This document shows, one piece after another, positions 10,536 through 18,760 of a stretch of DNA of 64,000 nt. Location: positions 4,833 to 68,832 of the IMG/VR virus record IMGVR_UViG_3300043787_000046; one strand, written 5' to 3'. A model generated the notes under the pieces. It had not been told where the DNA came from and did not search any database. It saw only the letters and a program-made list of their open reading frames with translations. Within the stretch, counting starts at the first letter, position 1. Each line of letters opens with the position of its first letter. Both the position numbers and the translations under genes were made by a program. The DNA comes from a virus.

Positions 10536-10970
10536 ATGCCCCCTGCCCGCGCCGGTGTTCCCGAGCCGGGTTTCACCGCCACGCAGGAACTGTTCCGTGC
10601 CTGCGAGCTGACTCTTGCCGCCAGCTCCGACACGGTGACAGCGGACATCACGAACCAGGTCAGCCAGGCCGGCGGCGGCGTGATCGACGTGTCGTCGGTG
10701 TCCAACGGGCTGCTGGTCGTCGGCGTCGCCGCCGTGTCGGGCACGACGCCGGAGCTGGCGGTGTTCTTCGATGTCGAGGATGCGTACGGGAACTGGTGCC
10801 TGGTCAGCAACGCGACCGCGATCTCGGGTGCGACGCTGGGTTTCCCCGGCACCGTGTACGGCAACATCTCCGACGGCTACAGCCTGACTTACAACGGGCG
10901 GATCCGGTGGGTGCTGACGGGGACGTCCCCGGTGTTCAGCGGCGTGTCGTTCAGCCTGTTCGGGCGGTGA
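10536..10970 (+). CDS. Putative virion structural protein
   Basis: RBS AAGGAGG; beta-rich composition. Confidence 0.55.
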   Translation: MPPARAGVPEPGFTATQELFRACELTLAASSDTVTADITNQVSQAGGGVIDVSSVSNGLLVVGVAAVSGTTPELAVFFDVEDAYGNWCLVSNATAISGATLGFPGTVYGNISDGYSLTYNGRIRWVLTGTSPVFSGVSFSLFGR

Positions 10971-11189
10971 CGGGTGGGCGCGCGGTTCCTCGTCGTCCAG
11001 GTTGAGCGGGATGACGGGGAGCCCCGGCGGGGAGACCTACGGCCCGTGGGCTGCCGCCGCCGACGACTCGCACCTGGCCGCGATCGGCGAGTTCATCAGG
11101 AGCTGGCCGGAACGCTCCGGGGTGATGCCGGAAAAGGTGACGCTGGTTCTGTGCACCGACCCGGGCGCGTGGCTGGCAGGCGACAGCGG

Positions 11190-11576
11190 CTAGACCGGCG
11201 GCAGCCCTGGCGACGGCACCGGGAGGGGATTGCGGGACCGGTCCTCGGTGAGCGCCTCGATCTCCTCCTGCATCGCGTAGTAAGCATCGCTGGCAGCCTG
11301 CCACCGGTCGCGCTGCTCCTGCGGGATGTCGAACACGCGGCAGGGGCTCTCGGATGACCCGGCATGGTAGTCGGTGAAGCCGGGGCCCGTGTAGTAGTCC
11401 TCGTTCAGCACGACCCGCGCCATGCCTGCGGGCAGCGGGCCGGGCACGTAGCGCGGCCGCGGCGATGCGGTGCCGGGCTTGCTCAGCGGCGTGAAGCGCG
11501 CGATGAGGGGGTATCCCGTCTCGCCGGGCCTCAGCGGCGGCTCAAGGTCGCAGGCATGGATGCCGGTCTCGCTCAC
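11190..11576 (-). CDS. Hypothetical protein (antisense cassette)
   Basis: GTGA coupling to upstream gene. Confidence 0.45.
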   Translation of the reverse strand: MSETGIHACDLEPPLRPGETGYPLIARFTPLSKPGTASPRPRYVPGPLPAGMARVVLNEDYYTGPGFTDYHAGSSESPCRVFDIPQEQRDRWQAASDAYYAMQEEIEALTEDRSRNPLPVPSPGLPPV

Positions 11577-12259
11577 CGCGGGCACCGGCAGGCGCTCGTG
11601 ACGTGAACAGGGAGGCCGCCGCTGGTCCGGTAGCACGCGCCGGGCACCAGCGCGGCACCGGGCGCGAGCATCTCCGGGGCTTCGATCTGCATGCGTCCCA
11701 TGATCCCCAGCCAGCAGGGATCGCATATGACGGCGAGTGCGCCCGGGTCGCTGAGCTGATCGGCCGGCAGCAGTGACCTGGCCTCGGCCATCGCCTCCTC
11801 ATCGCTCCGGCCCTTGGTGAACGCGCCTCCGCAGCTGGCGCAGGTGTATGACTCAGCGGTCTCGCACATGCGCTCCATCATCCCTGGGCCGGGGAGTCCC
11901 AGCGCGAACCGGATCCGCAGCATCGACGTGTCGCTGCCGACGTCGAAATGCCGTGCGTAACCGTAGACAGCCGCGAGGTCGTCCCGGCTGACGGTTACGG
12001 CTCCTGCTGCGTGCTCGCGAAGGCGCATCACCTCTTGCACCCATTCCAGCAGCGAGTGGGTTTCCAGGTGAGCCTGAACGATCTCTTCAAGGGCGGCGAA
12101 GTGCTCCGTCAGGATGCTCGTGACCGCCTCGTCGACGCTCGCCCCGGACCCTTCCGGCAGCGGGCCGTCCTCGTGCTGCCACGAGCATGCCGACAGCGGG
12201 CAGTACGAGAGGATCCGGACTCCGTACGGATACTGGCGTTGCGCGAGTGGTTCGCTCAT
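11573..12259 (-). CDS. Hypothetical Cys-rich protein (antisense cassette)
   Basis: CPLSACSW, CASC and CDPC motifs. Confidence 0.5.
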   Translation of the reverse strand: MSEPLAQRQYPYGVRILSYCPLSACSWQHEDGPLPEGSGASVDEAVTSILTEHFAALEEIVQAHLETHSLLEWVQEVMRLREHAAGAVTVSRDDLAAVYGYARHFDVGSDTSMLRIRFALGLPGPGMMERMCETAESYTCASCGGAFTKGRSDEEAMAEARSLLPADQLSDPGALAVICDPCWLGIMGRMQIEAPEMLAPGAALVPGACYRTSGGLPVHVTSACRCPR

Positions 12260-12279
12260 GGGGCCAATGCTAGGCGCGG

Positions 12280-12350
12280 GAGGCCGCGCGGGACTCGAAC
12301 CCGCAAACTCCGATCTCCGGGCGCCCGGCGACCTAGGCGCCTACCGGCCC
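12280..12350 (-). ncRNA. tRNA-like element / pseudo-tRNA
   Basis: Perfect T-arm GCGGG-TTCGAGT-CCCGC, 6/7 acceptor pairs, D-like stem GGCG/CGCC; no pairable anticodon arm. Confidence 0.45.
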
Positions 12351-12418
12351 GCACGGTGCCTGATTCCTGTACGGCCCCCGGCCTCCCGCGATCACGAGCA
12401 TAGGCGGCGGGGGGCAGC

Positions 12419-13342
12419 ATGGCAACGAGTTACATAACGCCGCAGATCCTCCTTAATCACCCCGCCGGACTGGCCTGGGATGTGGTCCCGGCCCTGACCG
12501 CCGACGCGGTAACGCGGCACGCGCAGCTCGCCATCACCTGCCAGACAGCCACGTCCCTGGTCGACGGCTACCTCGGGCAGCCCCTGCGTGCAGTAGCGGT
12601 CACCGAGCAGAACCCCGGGCCGGGAATGCCCCGCGTCGCAGTCGACCGGAACACGGGGATCGCCACGCTGATCACCCGCCAGTGGCCGGTGATCGCGGTC
12701 AACGCGGTCCAGGTGTCGCAGGCAAGAGCATTCCCGCCGCAGTGGACGCCGGTCCCCGCGAACCAGTGCCGGATCCGCACGCCGGTCCTCCAGCCAGCCT
12801 CAGGCAACCCGGTGTACGGGCCGTCCGGCGGCAGCGCGGTCGACATCGCGCCCCGCTACATCAACCGGGACTACGGCAGGGGCGGCCTGCTCGTCTCCCT
12901 GTCGGCCACCTCGGGCTACCCGCATGCCGGCGTCACAGGGCAGGTCGACGCGGGCGCGGAGTCCGTGCCGGTCGACGACGTGACCGGGTGGGACGGATGG
13001 GCCGGGTTCATTCTCGACGGCCCGGCGACCGAATGCGCGTCGGTCACCGCAGCGGCGGCGACCGCTCCGGTGCAGCTTCCCGGTGCCGGCGGCACGGTGC
13101 AGGCGGGACCGGGGACGCTCACCCTCGCGTCGCCGCTGGAGTACGCCCACGGCCCCGGCGCGGTGTTCACGGCGATCCCGCTCGCCGCCCTCCACGCCGC
13201 GGCCCTGACGGCGGCGGTGATGGCACTGGAGGCGATCACGGCGATCGCCGCCCAGTCCTCATCCGGGATGCTCCCCGGCGGCCTCGGGTCGCTGGCGACC
13301 GAGAGCGAGATGGCACTCGATCCGTTCAAACGGATTATGTGA
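12419..13342 (+). CDS. Head-to-tail adaptor-like protein
   Basis: YITP...TATSLVDGYLGQPL...ALDPFKRI pattern; position. Confidence 0.6.
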   Translation: MATSYITPQILLNHPAGLAWDVVPALTADAVTRHAQLAITCQTATSLVDGYLGQPLRAVAVTEQNPGPGMPRVAVDRNTGIATLITRQWPVIAVNAVQVSQARAFPPQWTPVPANQCRIRTPVLQPASGNPVYGPSGGSAVDIAPRYINRDYGRGGLLVSLSATSGYPHAGVTGQVDAGAESVPVDDVTGWDGWAGFILDGPATECASVTAAAATAPVQLPGAGGTVQAGPGTLTLASPLEYAHGPGAVFTAIPLAALHAAALTAAVMALEAITAIAAQSSSGMLPGGLGSLATESEMALDPFKRIM

Positions 13343-13764
13343 TGGCCAGGGCGCGGCCGCCGTCACCCGGCGGCGGAAGCCCCGGTTCCGGCGCCGGGTC
13401 GTCCTCGGTGCTGCGGTTCATGAACCGCAGGGTGACCGTTCTCCGCGGCACCACGGCGAACGCCTACGGCGACGAGTCTGACGTGGGCACGCCGTACCTG
13501 ACGGGGGTCCCGGCGGCCATCGCCGAGACGTCGCAGACCGCGTTCGACGCGGCCACCCAGCGGCTGTCCGTCATCCGGGCGATCAAGTGCATCATGCCCG
13601 GATGGGCCGGCGTCGAGGAGACGGACACGATCGTTGATCCCGCCACGGGATGGGCCTACATGATCGAGGACCTGCAGCAGGAGCCGGGTCTCGGGTACTA
13701 CCCGCCGCGCACCATCCTCACGCTGCGGCTCAGGTCCGGCGTCGCTGTCGCCGGGGACACGTAA
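13342..13764 (+). CDS. Head closure/stopper-like protein
   Basis: VTVLRGTTANAYGDE motif; follows adaptor. Confidence 0.55.
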   Translation: MARARPPSPGGGSPGSGAGSSSVLRFMNRRVTVLRGTTANAYGDESDVGTPYLTGVPAAIAETSQTAFDAATQRLSVIRAIKCIMPGWAGVEETDTIVDPATGWAYMIEDLQQEPGLGYYPPRTILTLRLRSGVAVAGDT

Positions 13765-13811
13765 CCGCCCGGCGTCACCAGCGCGGATGAGCCCGTAGAG
13801 ATCGGAGACTT

Positions 13812-14228
13812 ATGCCCCGCGAGGTCTTCAAGAGCCGTGACGAGGACGGCGCGGACTTCGAGGTCGCCTGGTCCGATGGCTGCTGCCAGGCTGGCGCGGG
13901 CCAGCCGGAGTTCTCGGCGCACGAACTGGACCGGCTGATCCTGTCGCTCCAGCGGGCACGCCGCGAGGCGTTCGGCGCTAAGCCCCCGCTCGCGGTGACC
14001 ATGGAGATCATCGAGCGCGGGCGGACCACCAGCGATGACAGCATGGCGTCGACGATCATCGTCCCGGACGACGTGCGGATCAACGGCGTCTCGGTGCTCA
14101 CCCAGGGCGGCATCAAGCTGCACGAGCTGGACTTTCATCCGCAGAGGGAAATGGTGACGGTCACCGTCACGCTGCCCGTGCGCATGCTGGCCGTCGGTGC
14201 CGAAGGTGACCTCCCGGCAGTCTCCTAG
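13812..14228 (+). CDS. Hypothetical protein
   Basis: RBS GGAGA; VPDDVRING motif. Confidence 0.45.
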   Translation: MPREVFKSRDEDGADFEVAWSDGCCQAGAGQPEFSAHELDRLILSLQRARREAFGAKPPLAVTMEIIERGRTTSDDSMASTIIVPDDVRINGVSVLTQGGIKLHELDFHPQREMVTVTVTLPVRMLAVGAEGDLPAVS

Positions 14229-14383
14229 GCCCGTCGCGCGGACTCGATCGCCGCAAGCCGTTCGGCCCGCAACTCCGCCTGGAGTTCACGTACATGATGA
14301 TGGCGACGATGATCGCCACCCCGGCCCACATGGCCACCAGGACCAGCCTGCTTCTCAGCATCCCGCTCCATTTCACCGCCGGG

Positions 14384-14791
14384 TCAGTCATTCCCGGTGA
14401 CCTGGCATGACGTGGCGGGCCCGGTGACCTGCTCCGTGAACGTCATCTTCTGCTGGGGCTGCACTTCGTTGTCGCCGATGTCGTAGTCGCCGTCATCGAG
14501 CGTGCCGATCTGCTGGCCGCCGTCGAACATCGGCACGACGAGATGCCAGGCTTGCTCCTGGACCGCCGAGATGTTCCATACCGTGACCGACAGGATGCCG
14601 CCAGACAGCGCGCAGCGGAACGCCAGCGCGTTCGCGTCCGGGGTGCTGACTGTCGTCCACCCGGCGGGCACATCGGAGGCACCCGCCGCCGAGGGGACCG
14701 GGGTAGCGGCATGAGCGGACGCGCACCCGGCCACGCTCATGGCCGCGGCGGCCAGCCCCAGCCCCATGGCCGCCCGTGCTTTGCTGATCAC
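14384..14791 (-). CDS. Putative lipoprotein
   Basis: Hydrophobic signal with lipobox VAGC; RBS AAGGAG. Confidence 0.5.
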   Translation of the reverse strand: MISKARAAMGLGLAAAAMSVAGCASAHAATPVPSAAGASDVPAGWTTVSTPDANALAFRCALSGGILSVTVWNISAVQEQAWHLVVPMFDGGQQIGTLDDGDYDIGDNEVQPQQKMTFTEQVTGPATSCQVTGND

Positions 14792-15170
14792 TGCTGTTTC
14801 TCCTTGGTGACGTAATCGAGCCGGATAGCAAGCTCGCCGAGCGTATGGCGGACGATCACCCGCTGCGCGGTCCCCATGGTCAGGATCGCCTCGTACACCT
14901 TGCACATCCCGACTCGCCGCTCTTGCGCGAGACGGTCTGCTTCCTCAACGGTCAGGTTTATCTTCACTGGCCGCCGGTTACCTGCCCGGGCGTGCTCTCG
15001 GCGGCCAGCAGCCCTGCGCCGCGCAGCACCCATTCGCAGCACATGTCGTGCCGGTGCCGGAACCGCCCGGGGCAGGTGCAGCCTTCGGTGATCGCCTGGT
15101 GATCCTCCGGCGGGTACCCGGTCGCGCGGTTCAGGTCCATGCTCTGACCGTACTGCGCGGGAGGTGCCCT

Positions 15171-15638
15171 ATGGCGCGTGTCGAGATCGACCCCGGATGG
15201 CGCGAGCAGGTCATGGTCGCGTGGGAGACGTTCGGCGACGAGCGCCTCGGCCCGGACATCGCCGACGATGCGCGCCGCTACTGCCCGGTGCGTACCGGCG
15301 CTCTCAAGGCCTCCATCGAGCATCACATGGAGGACGAGGACATCATCGTGTCGGCGTCCGGCGGCGGCGAGGACAGCGACGGGAACCTGTACGTCTCCCG
15401 CAGGCCGGGACGGCTCAGTGAGCGGACGGCATCGCTCACGCACCCGGACCCGGGACGGAACGCCGGGTCGCTGACGACGCGGGCCGTGCACCACGTCGAG
15501 GACGAAGGCCGCACGTATGCCCTTTTTGTAGAAATGGGACATAGGGTGTTTCACCCGTCAACTCGTGTCACAGGCCCCGAATCGGTCCCCCCGCACAGTT
15601 TCCTGCGCCCTGCGCTCTATCAAGAGCGCGGCGACTAG
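15171..15638 (+). CDS. HK97 gp10-like tail completion protein
   Basis: ARRYCPVRTGALKASI...YALFVEMG...FLRPAL. Confidence 0.75.
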   Translation: MARVEIDPGWREQVMVAWETFGDERLGPDIADDARRYCPVRTGALKASIEHHMEDEDIIVSASGGGEDSDGNLYVSRRPGRLSERTASLTHPDPGRNAGSLTTRAVHHVEDEGRTYALFVEMGHRVFHPSTRVTGPESVPPHSFLRPALYQERGD

Positions 15639-16101
15639 AGCGCGCTGCCGCGACCGCATCTGCCGCCAGTACCGCACACAGGACCTTGACGCAGGCGGCA
15701 GTCTTGTACGACGCGCCGGCGAGCCTGACCGGCTCCCAGCCGTGCAGGGATTCTTCGCGGGCCTCGATGCCGGGCGAGATGTCCCATGCGTGACTGCAGT
15801 GAAACCCCAGCCACCAGACCCGGTCAGGCTCGCCGGGCGCGGGGACATGGCAGATCGTCTCCGCCTCCGGGCCTTCCTGGCAGAGATCCGCGTAGTCGAC
15901 CTCGAAGGCAGTGCGGGTCTCCAGGTCGCCGGGGTCCTTCCCGAACCAGGGGTGACCCTCGCCGACGCCCACGTAACCGCACAGGGCGCCAGCTGAGTTC
16001 CGCACGATCAGGCACGGCAGGCCGGTGGCCTCGTCGGTGAACTGCTCCTTGTCGGGCTCATCCCGCCACGGCCCCGGACCCCACGCCGCCTTGTCCGTCA
16101 C
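15568..16101 (-). CDS. Conserved phage hypothetical protein (antisense)
   Basis: GPWRDEPD...GALCGYVGV..GHP...WWLGFHCSH motif. Confidence 0.5.
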   Translation of the reverse strand: MTDKAAWGPGPWRDEPDKEQFTDEATGLPCLIVRNSAGALCGYVGVGEGHPWFGKDPGDLETRTAFEVDYADLCQEGPEAETICHVPAPGEPDRVWWLGFHCSHAWDISPGIEAREESLHGWEPVRLAGASYKTAACVKVLCAVLAADAVAAARSSRRALDRAQGAGNCAGGPIRGL

Positions 16102-16166
16102 TGTCCATGTTCTGCGTTCCACCGGGCCATCGTAGACCGCGCTCACCTTAGCCAGGGAGGCGATCC

Positions 16167-16667
16167 ATGACCGCCCCCGCGCTCCCCCTCCTGGCGACCT
16201 CAGAACTGGTCGTGGCCGCGTGGATCGCCTCAATTGACGGTCTCTCGCCGCAGATGGTCGCCACGACCCTCCCCCCCGACGTGACACCTGCCGGCAAGCC
16301 TGCCCCGTGGATCCAGACCGGGTTCGTGACGATCTCCGTCGTCGGCGGCAGCCCTGACCCGTACCTGCCGGTGAAGAAACCCGTCCTCCAGGTCGACGCG
16401 TGGGCGGCCGTGCCCGGCAGTAACAAGCCCCCGTGGGGCATGGCGAACGTGCTGATCGAGACGATCCGCTACGCCACCCTGCAGCGCACCGGCTTCAACC
16501 GGCTGCTCACCCTGACCGCGAACGGCGTCGCCTACCCGTCCGCCGTCGTGGACAGCGCGTACTTCCTGACCGAGCCGCGCCGCGACTACGCCGACGCCGC
16601 CGACTACGCCCATTACCTGTGCGACATGCAGGTCGTGTGGCGGACCCCCGGCGACGTCCTGCCCTGA
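16167..16667 (+). CDS. Tail terminator-like protein
   Basis: VVAAWI...PVLQVDAWA motif; position before tail tube. Confidence 0.65.
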   Translation: MTAPALPLLATSELVVAAWIASIDGLSPQMVATTLPPDVTPAGKPAPWIQTGFVTISVVGGSPDPYLPVKKPVLQVDAWAAVPGSNKPPWGMANVLIETIRYATLQRTGFNRLLTLTANGVAYPSAVVDSAYFLTEPRRDYADAADYAHYLCDMQVVWRTPGDVLP

Positions 16668-16678
16668 ACGGAGCATCC

Positions 16679-16849
16679 ATGGCCAAGCAGAAGGTCCGGG
16701 TCACCATGTTCGCCGACCCGATCGAGGTGGAGGACCACGAGCTGCCGGGCCTGCGCAGCCAGGGACTCCTCATCGAGGACGAGAACCCCGCCGCGCCCCC
16801 GAAGACCGCCGCGGCGAAGCCGTCCGGCAAGACCACCGAAGGAGCCTGA
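16679..16849 (+). CDS. Small phage protein
   Basis: IEVEDHELPGLRSQGLLIE; RBS GGAG. Confidence 0.5.
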   Translation: MAKQKVRVTMFADPIEVEDHELPGLRSQGLLIEDENPAAPPKTAAAKPSGKTTEGA

Positions 16850-16852
16850 CCG

Positions 16853-17221
16853 ATGGCACTGCTGTCCCTCACCGCGACACAGCTCCCGAAGACGGGGGCG
16901 AGCGCGCCGCTGAACCTCACCAGCCTGCTGGCTGCCGGGGTGCTCACCGGCTACACGGGCGTCTCGTTCGTGAACACCGGCAAGGAAGTGCTGTACGCGA
17001 ACGTCACGTCGGGCGCCTCGACGTGCTCCATCGCGATCGGGACCACGGTCGAGGGCGAGCCGGTGACGTCCCTCACCCCGGCGCTGGTCTCGTCTGCGAT
17101 CAACGTGATCGGGCCGTTCCCCGGTGACGAGGACGTGCAGCCCGGGAACCTCATCGAGGTGACGTTCGGGACCGTCTCGGCGGTGACTGTCGCCCTGCTG
17201 CAGAACGTCGGCGTCTACTGA
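16853..17221 (+). CDS. Putative virion protein
   Basis: FVNTGKEVLYAN...IGPFP motif; RBS GAAGGAG. Confidence 0.55.
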   Translation: MALLSLTATQLPKTGASAPLNLTSLLAAGVLTGYTGVSFVNTGKEVLYANVTSGASTCSIAIGTTVEGEPVTSLTPALVSSAINVIGPFPGDEDVQPGNLIEVTFGTVSAVTVALLQNVGVY

Positions 17222-17247
17222 CCCGCTTACCGCACTCCCGTCTTCCG

Positions 17248-17271
17248 GCCCGCCAGCGTGCGGGCTTTTTT
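17248..17271 (+). terminator. Intrinsic terminator-like hairpin
   Basis: GCCCGC-cagcgt-GCGGGC followed by T6. Confidence 0.55.
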
Positions 17272-17302
17272 CATGCGCCGGTAAACGGCCCGCCCAAAGG
17301 GG

Positions 17303-17905
17303 ATGATCCCAATCGGAGTCAATGCGGTAAACCTGATTATGGGTCCGACGTCCGGATTCTTCGTCGCCCCGTTCGGCACCACCGAGCCGACCGATGCGGT
17401 CGTCTCCCCGCAGGGCTACACGACGCCTCCCGCGTCGCCGTGGGCAGACATCGGCGCGACTGACGGCGGCGTGACCTTCGAGGCGGATCTCACCTACACC
17501 GACTTCTCGGTCGACCAGCTCACCATGTCCCCGGGCGCGCGGCTGACCGAGACGAAGATCACGGTCGCCACGAAGATGTCGGAGATGACGCTGGCGAACC
17601 TGAACACGGCGATGAACGGCATCGGGATCACCGGCTCCGGCAGCGGCTACAACACGTTCGACATCCCGGTGGGCGCGACGTCCACGCAGCCGTCGTATGT
17701 GGCGCTGTGCATCTACGGGTGGGCACCCACCTTGTCGACGGGACTCCCTGCGCTCCGCCGCATCATCGTCCGCAAGGTGCTGTCGCAGGTCAAGGCGACG
17801 CTGGCGTATGACAAAAAGACGCAAGAGTCACTTGATGTGACGTTCACGGCGTATTTCGTGAGTACCTCAATCAACCCGGTGCACATCACCGATGAGGACA
17901 GTTAG
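17303..17905 (+). CDS. Major tail (tube) protein
   Basis: FVAPFGTTEP...WADIGATDGGV...VDQL...EMTLANL; precedes chaperones and tape measure. Confidence 0.75.
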   Translation: MIPIGVNAVNLIMGPTSGFFVAPFGTTEPTDAVVSPQGYTTPPASPWADIGATDGGVTFEADLTYTDFSVDQLTMSPGARLTETKITVATKMSEMTLANLNTAMNGIGITGSGSGYNTFDIPVGATSTQPSYVALCIYGWAPTLSTGLPALRRIIVRKVLSQVKATLAYDKKTQESLDVTFTAYFVSTSINPVHITDEDS

Positions 17906-18005
17906 GGCTAACGCACCCGTATCGTCCATCGCGGCCCGGTACCGGGAGCAGATCCCGCGCCGGGCTTCCGCATGTCCCAGTCCGCCGCGACCCGTAAAGG
18001 GAGCA

Positions 18006-18422
18006 ATGGCAGCAACAGTCAAGGCCGGGGCGAGATCGCGCCCGGCCCGCGCGCCCCGGGCAGCGATCCCCGCGGCACCCCCGCAGCCCCCGGCCGCCGG
18101 CGCGCCGCGCTTCACCATCCCCGCGGAGCCTCCCGAGGAGGAACGGGAGCCGCTGTTCTACGTCGACGACGTGGCGTGGACGATCCCCGCCGACCCGGGT
18201 CCCGGTATCGCCATCGAGGCGATGCACATCGGGGCGGTACGCGGCGAGGCGTACGCCGAGGACTACTTCATGGGCGCGATGCTCGGCGATGACGGGTGGG
18301 CGGTGCTGCGGCGGCTGATGCGGGAGAAAGCCGTGTCGTGGAAGGACTACCTGCGGCTCGTCGAGGTGTGCCGGGACAAGACGATGGGCGCGCTGGAGGA
18401 TGAGGAGTCCCCAAACCGCTGA
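18006..18422 (+). CDS. Tail assembly chaperone (gpG-like)
   Basis: Between tail tube and tape measure; ends at slippery C CCA AAC (18410-18416). Confidence 0.75.
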   Translation: MAATVKAGARSRPARAPRAAIPAAPPQPPAAGAPRFTIPAEPPEEEREPLFYVDDVAWTIPADPGPGIAIEAMHIGAVRGEAYAEDYFMGAMLGDDGWAVLRRLMREKAVSWKDYLRLVEVCRDKTMGALEDEESPNR

Positions 18423-18724
18423 CGCGCCGGATGGCGCAGCTGCAGTGGGTCCGTGATCATCTCGCCGACATCGAGTCGGATATGTCGGCGATCCACCGGG
18501 TGGATGACATCTGGTCGATGCCGGGTGCCCGGTTCTTCCGGCTGGCGTGGCGGCTGCCCGCGTACGAGGGCGTGATGCGGGCGCGGGTGATGCAAGCACA
18601 CGAGACACCCCGGGGAGCGCCGCCGGCCGCGCGCCGTGCCGCGCCGTCGCGGCAGGTCAATCCGGGGACGCGGGCGACGATCCAGGCCGACCCGGCGTTC
18701 CGCGGCATATTTTCCTTCGGCTGA
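18410..18724 (+). CDS. Tail assembly chaperone -1 frameshift extension (gpGT-like)
   Basis: -1 frame open from the heptamer; RFFRLAWRLPAYEGVM motif. Confidence 0.7.
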   Translation, partial: PKPLTRRMAQLQWVRDHLADIESDMSAIHRVDDIWSMPGARFFRLAWRLPAYEGVMRARVMQAHETPRGAPPAARRAAPSRQVNPGTRATIQADPAFRGIFSFG

Positions 18725-18760
18725 GGCGGCTGACCCCCGCTGGAGGGAGGTGATGTCAGG

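Noticed and set aside
16406-16420. 15-nt match (ggccgtgcccggcag) to the array spacer at 43173-43205
   Set aside because: Flanks do not match; short GC-rich matches are plausible by chance, so not called self-targeting
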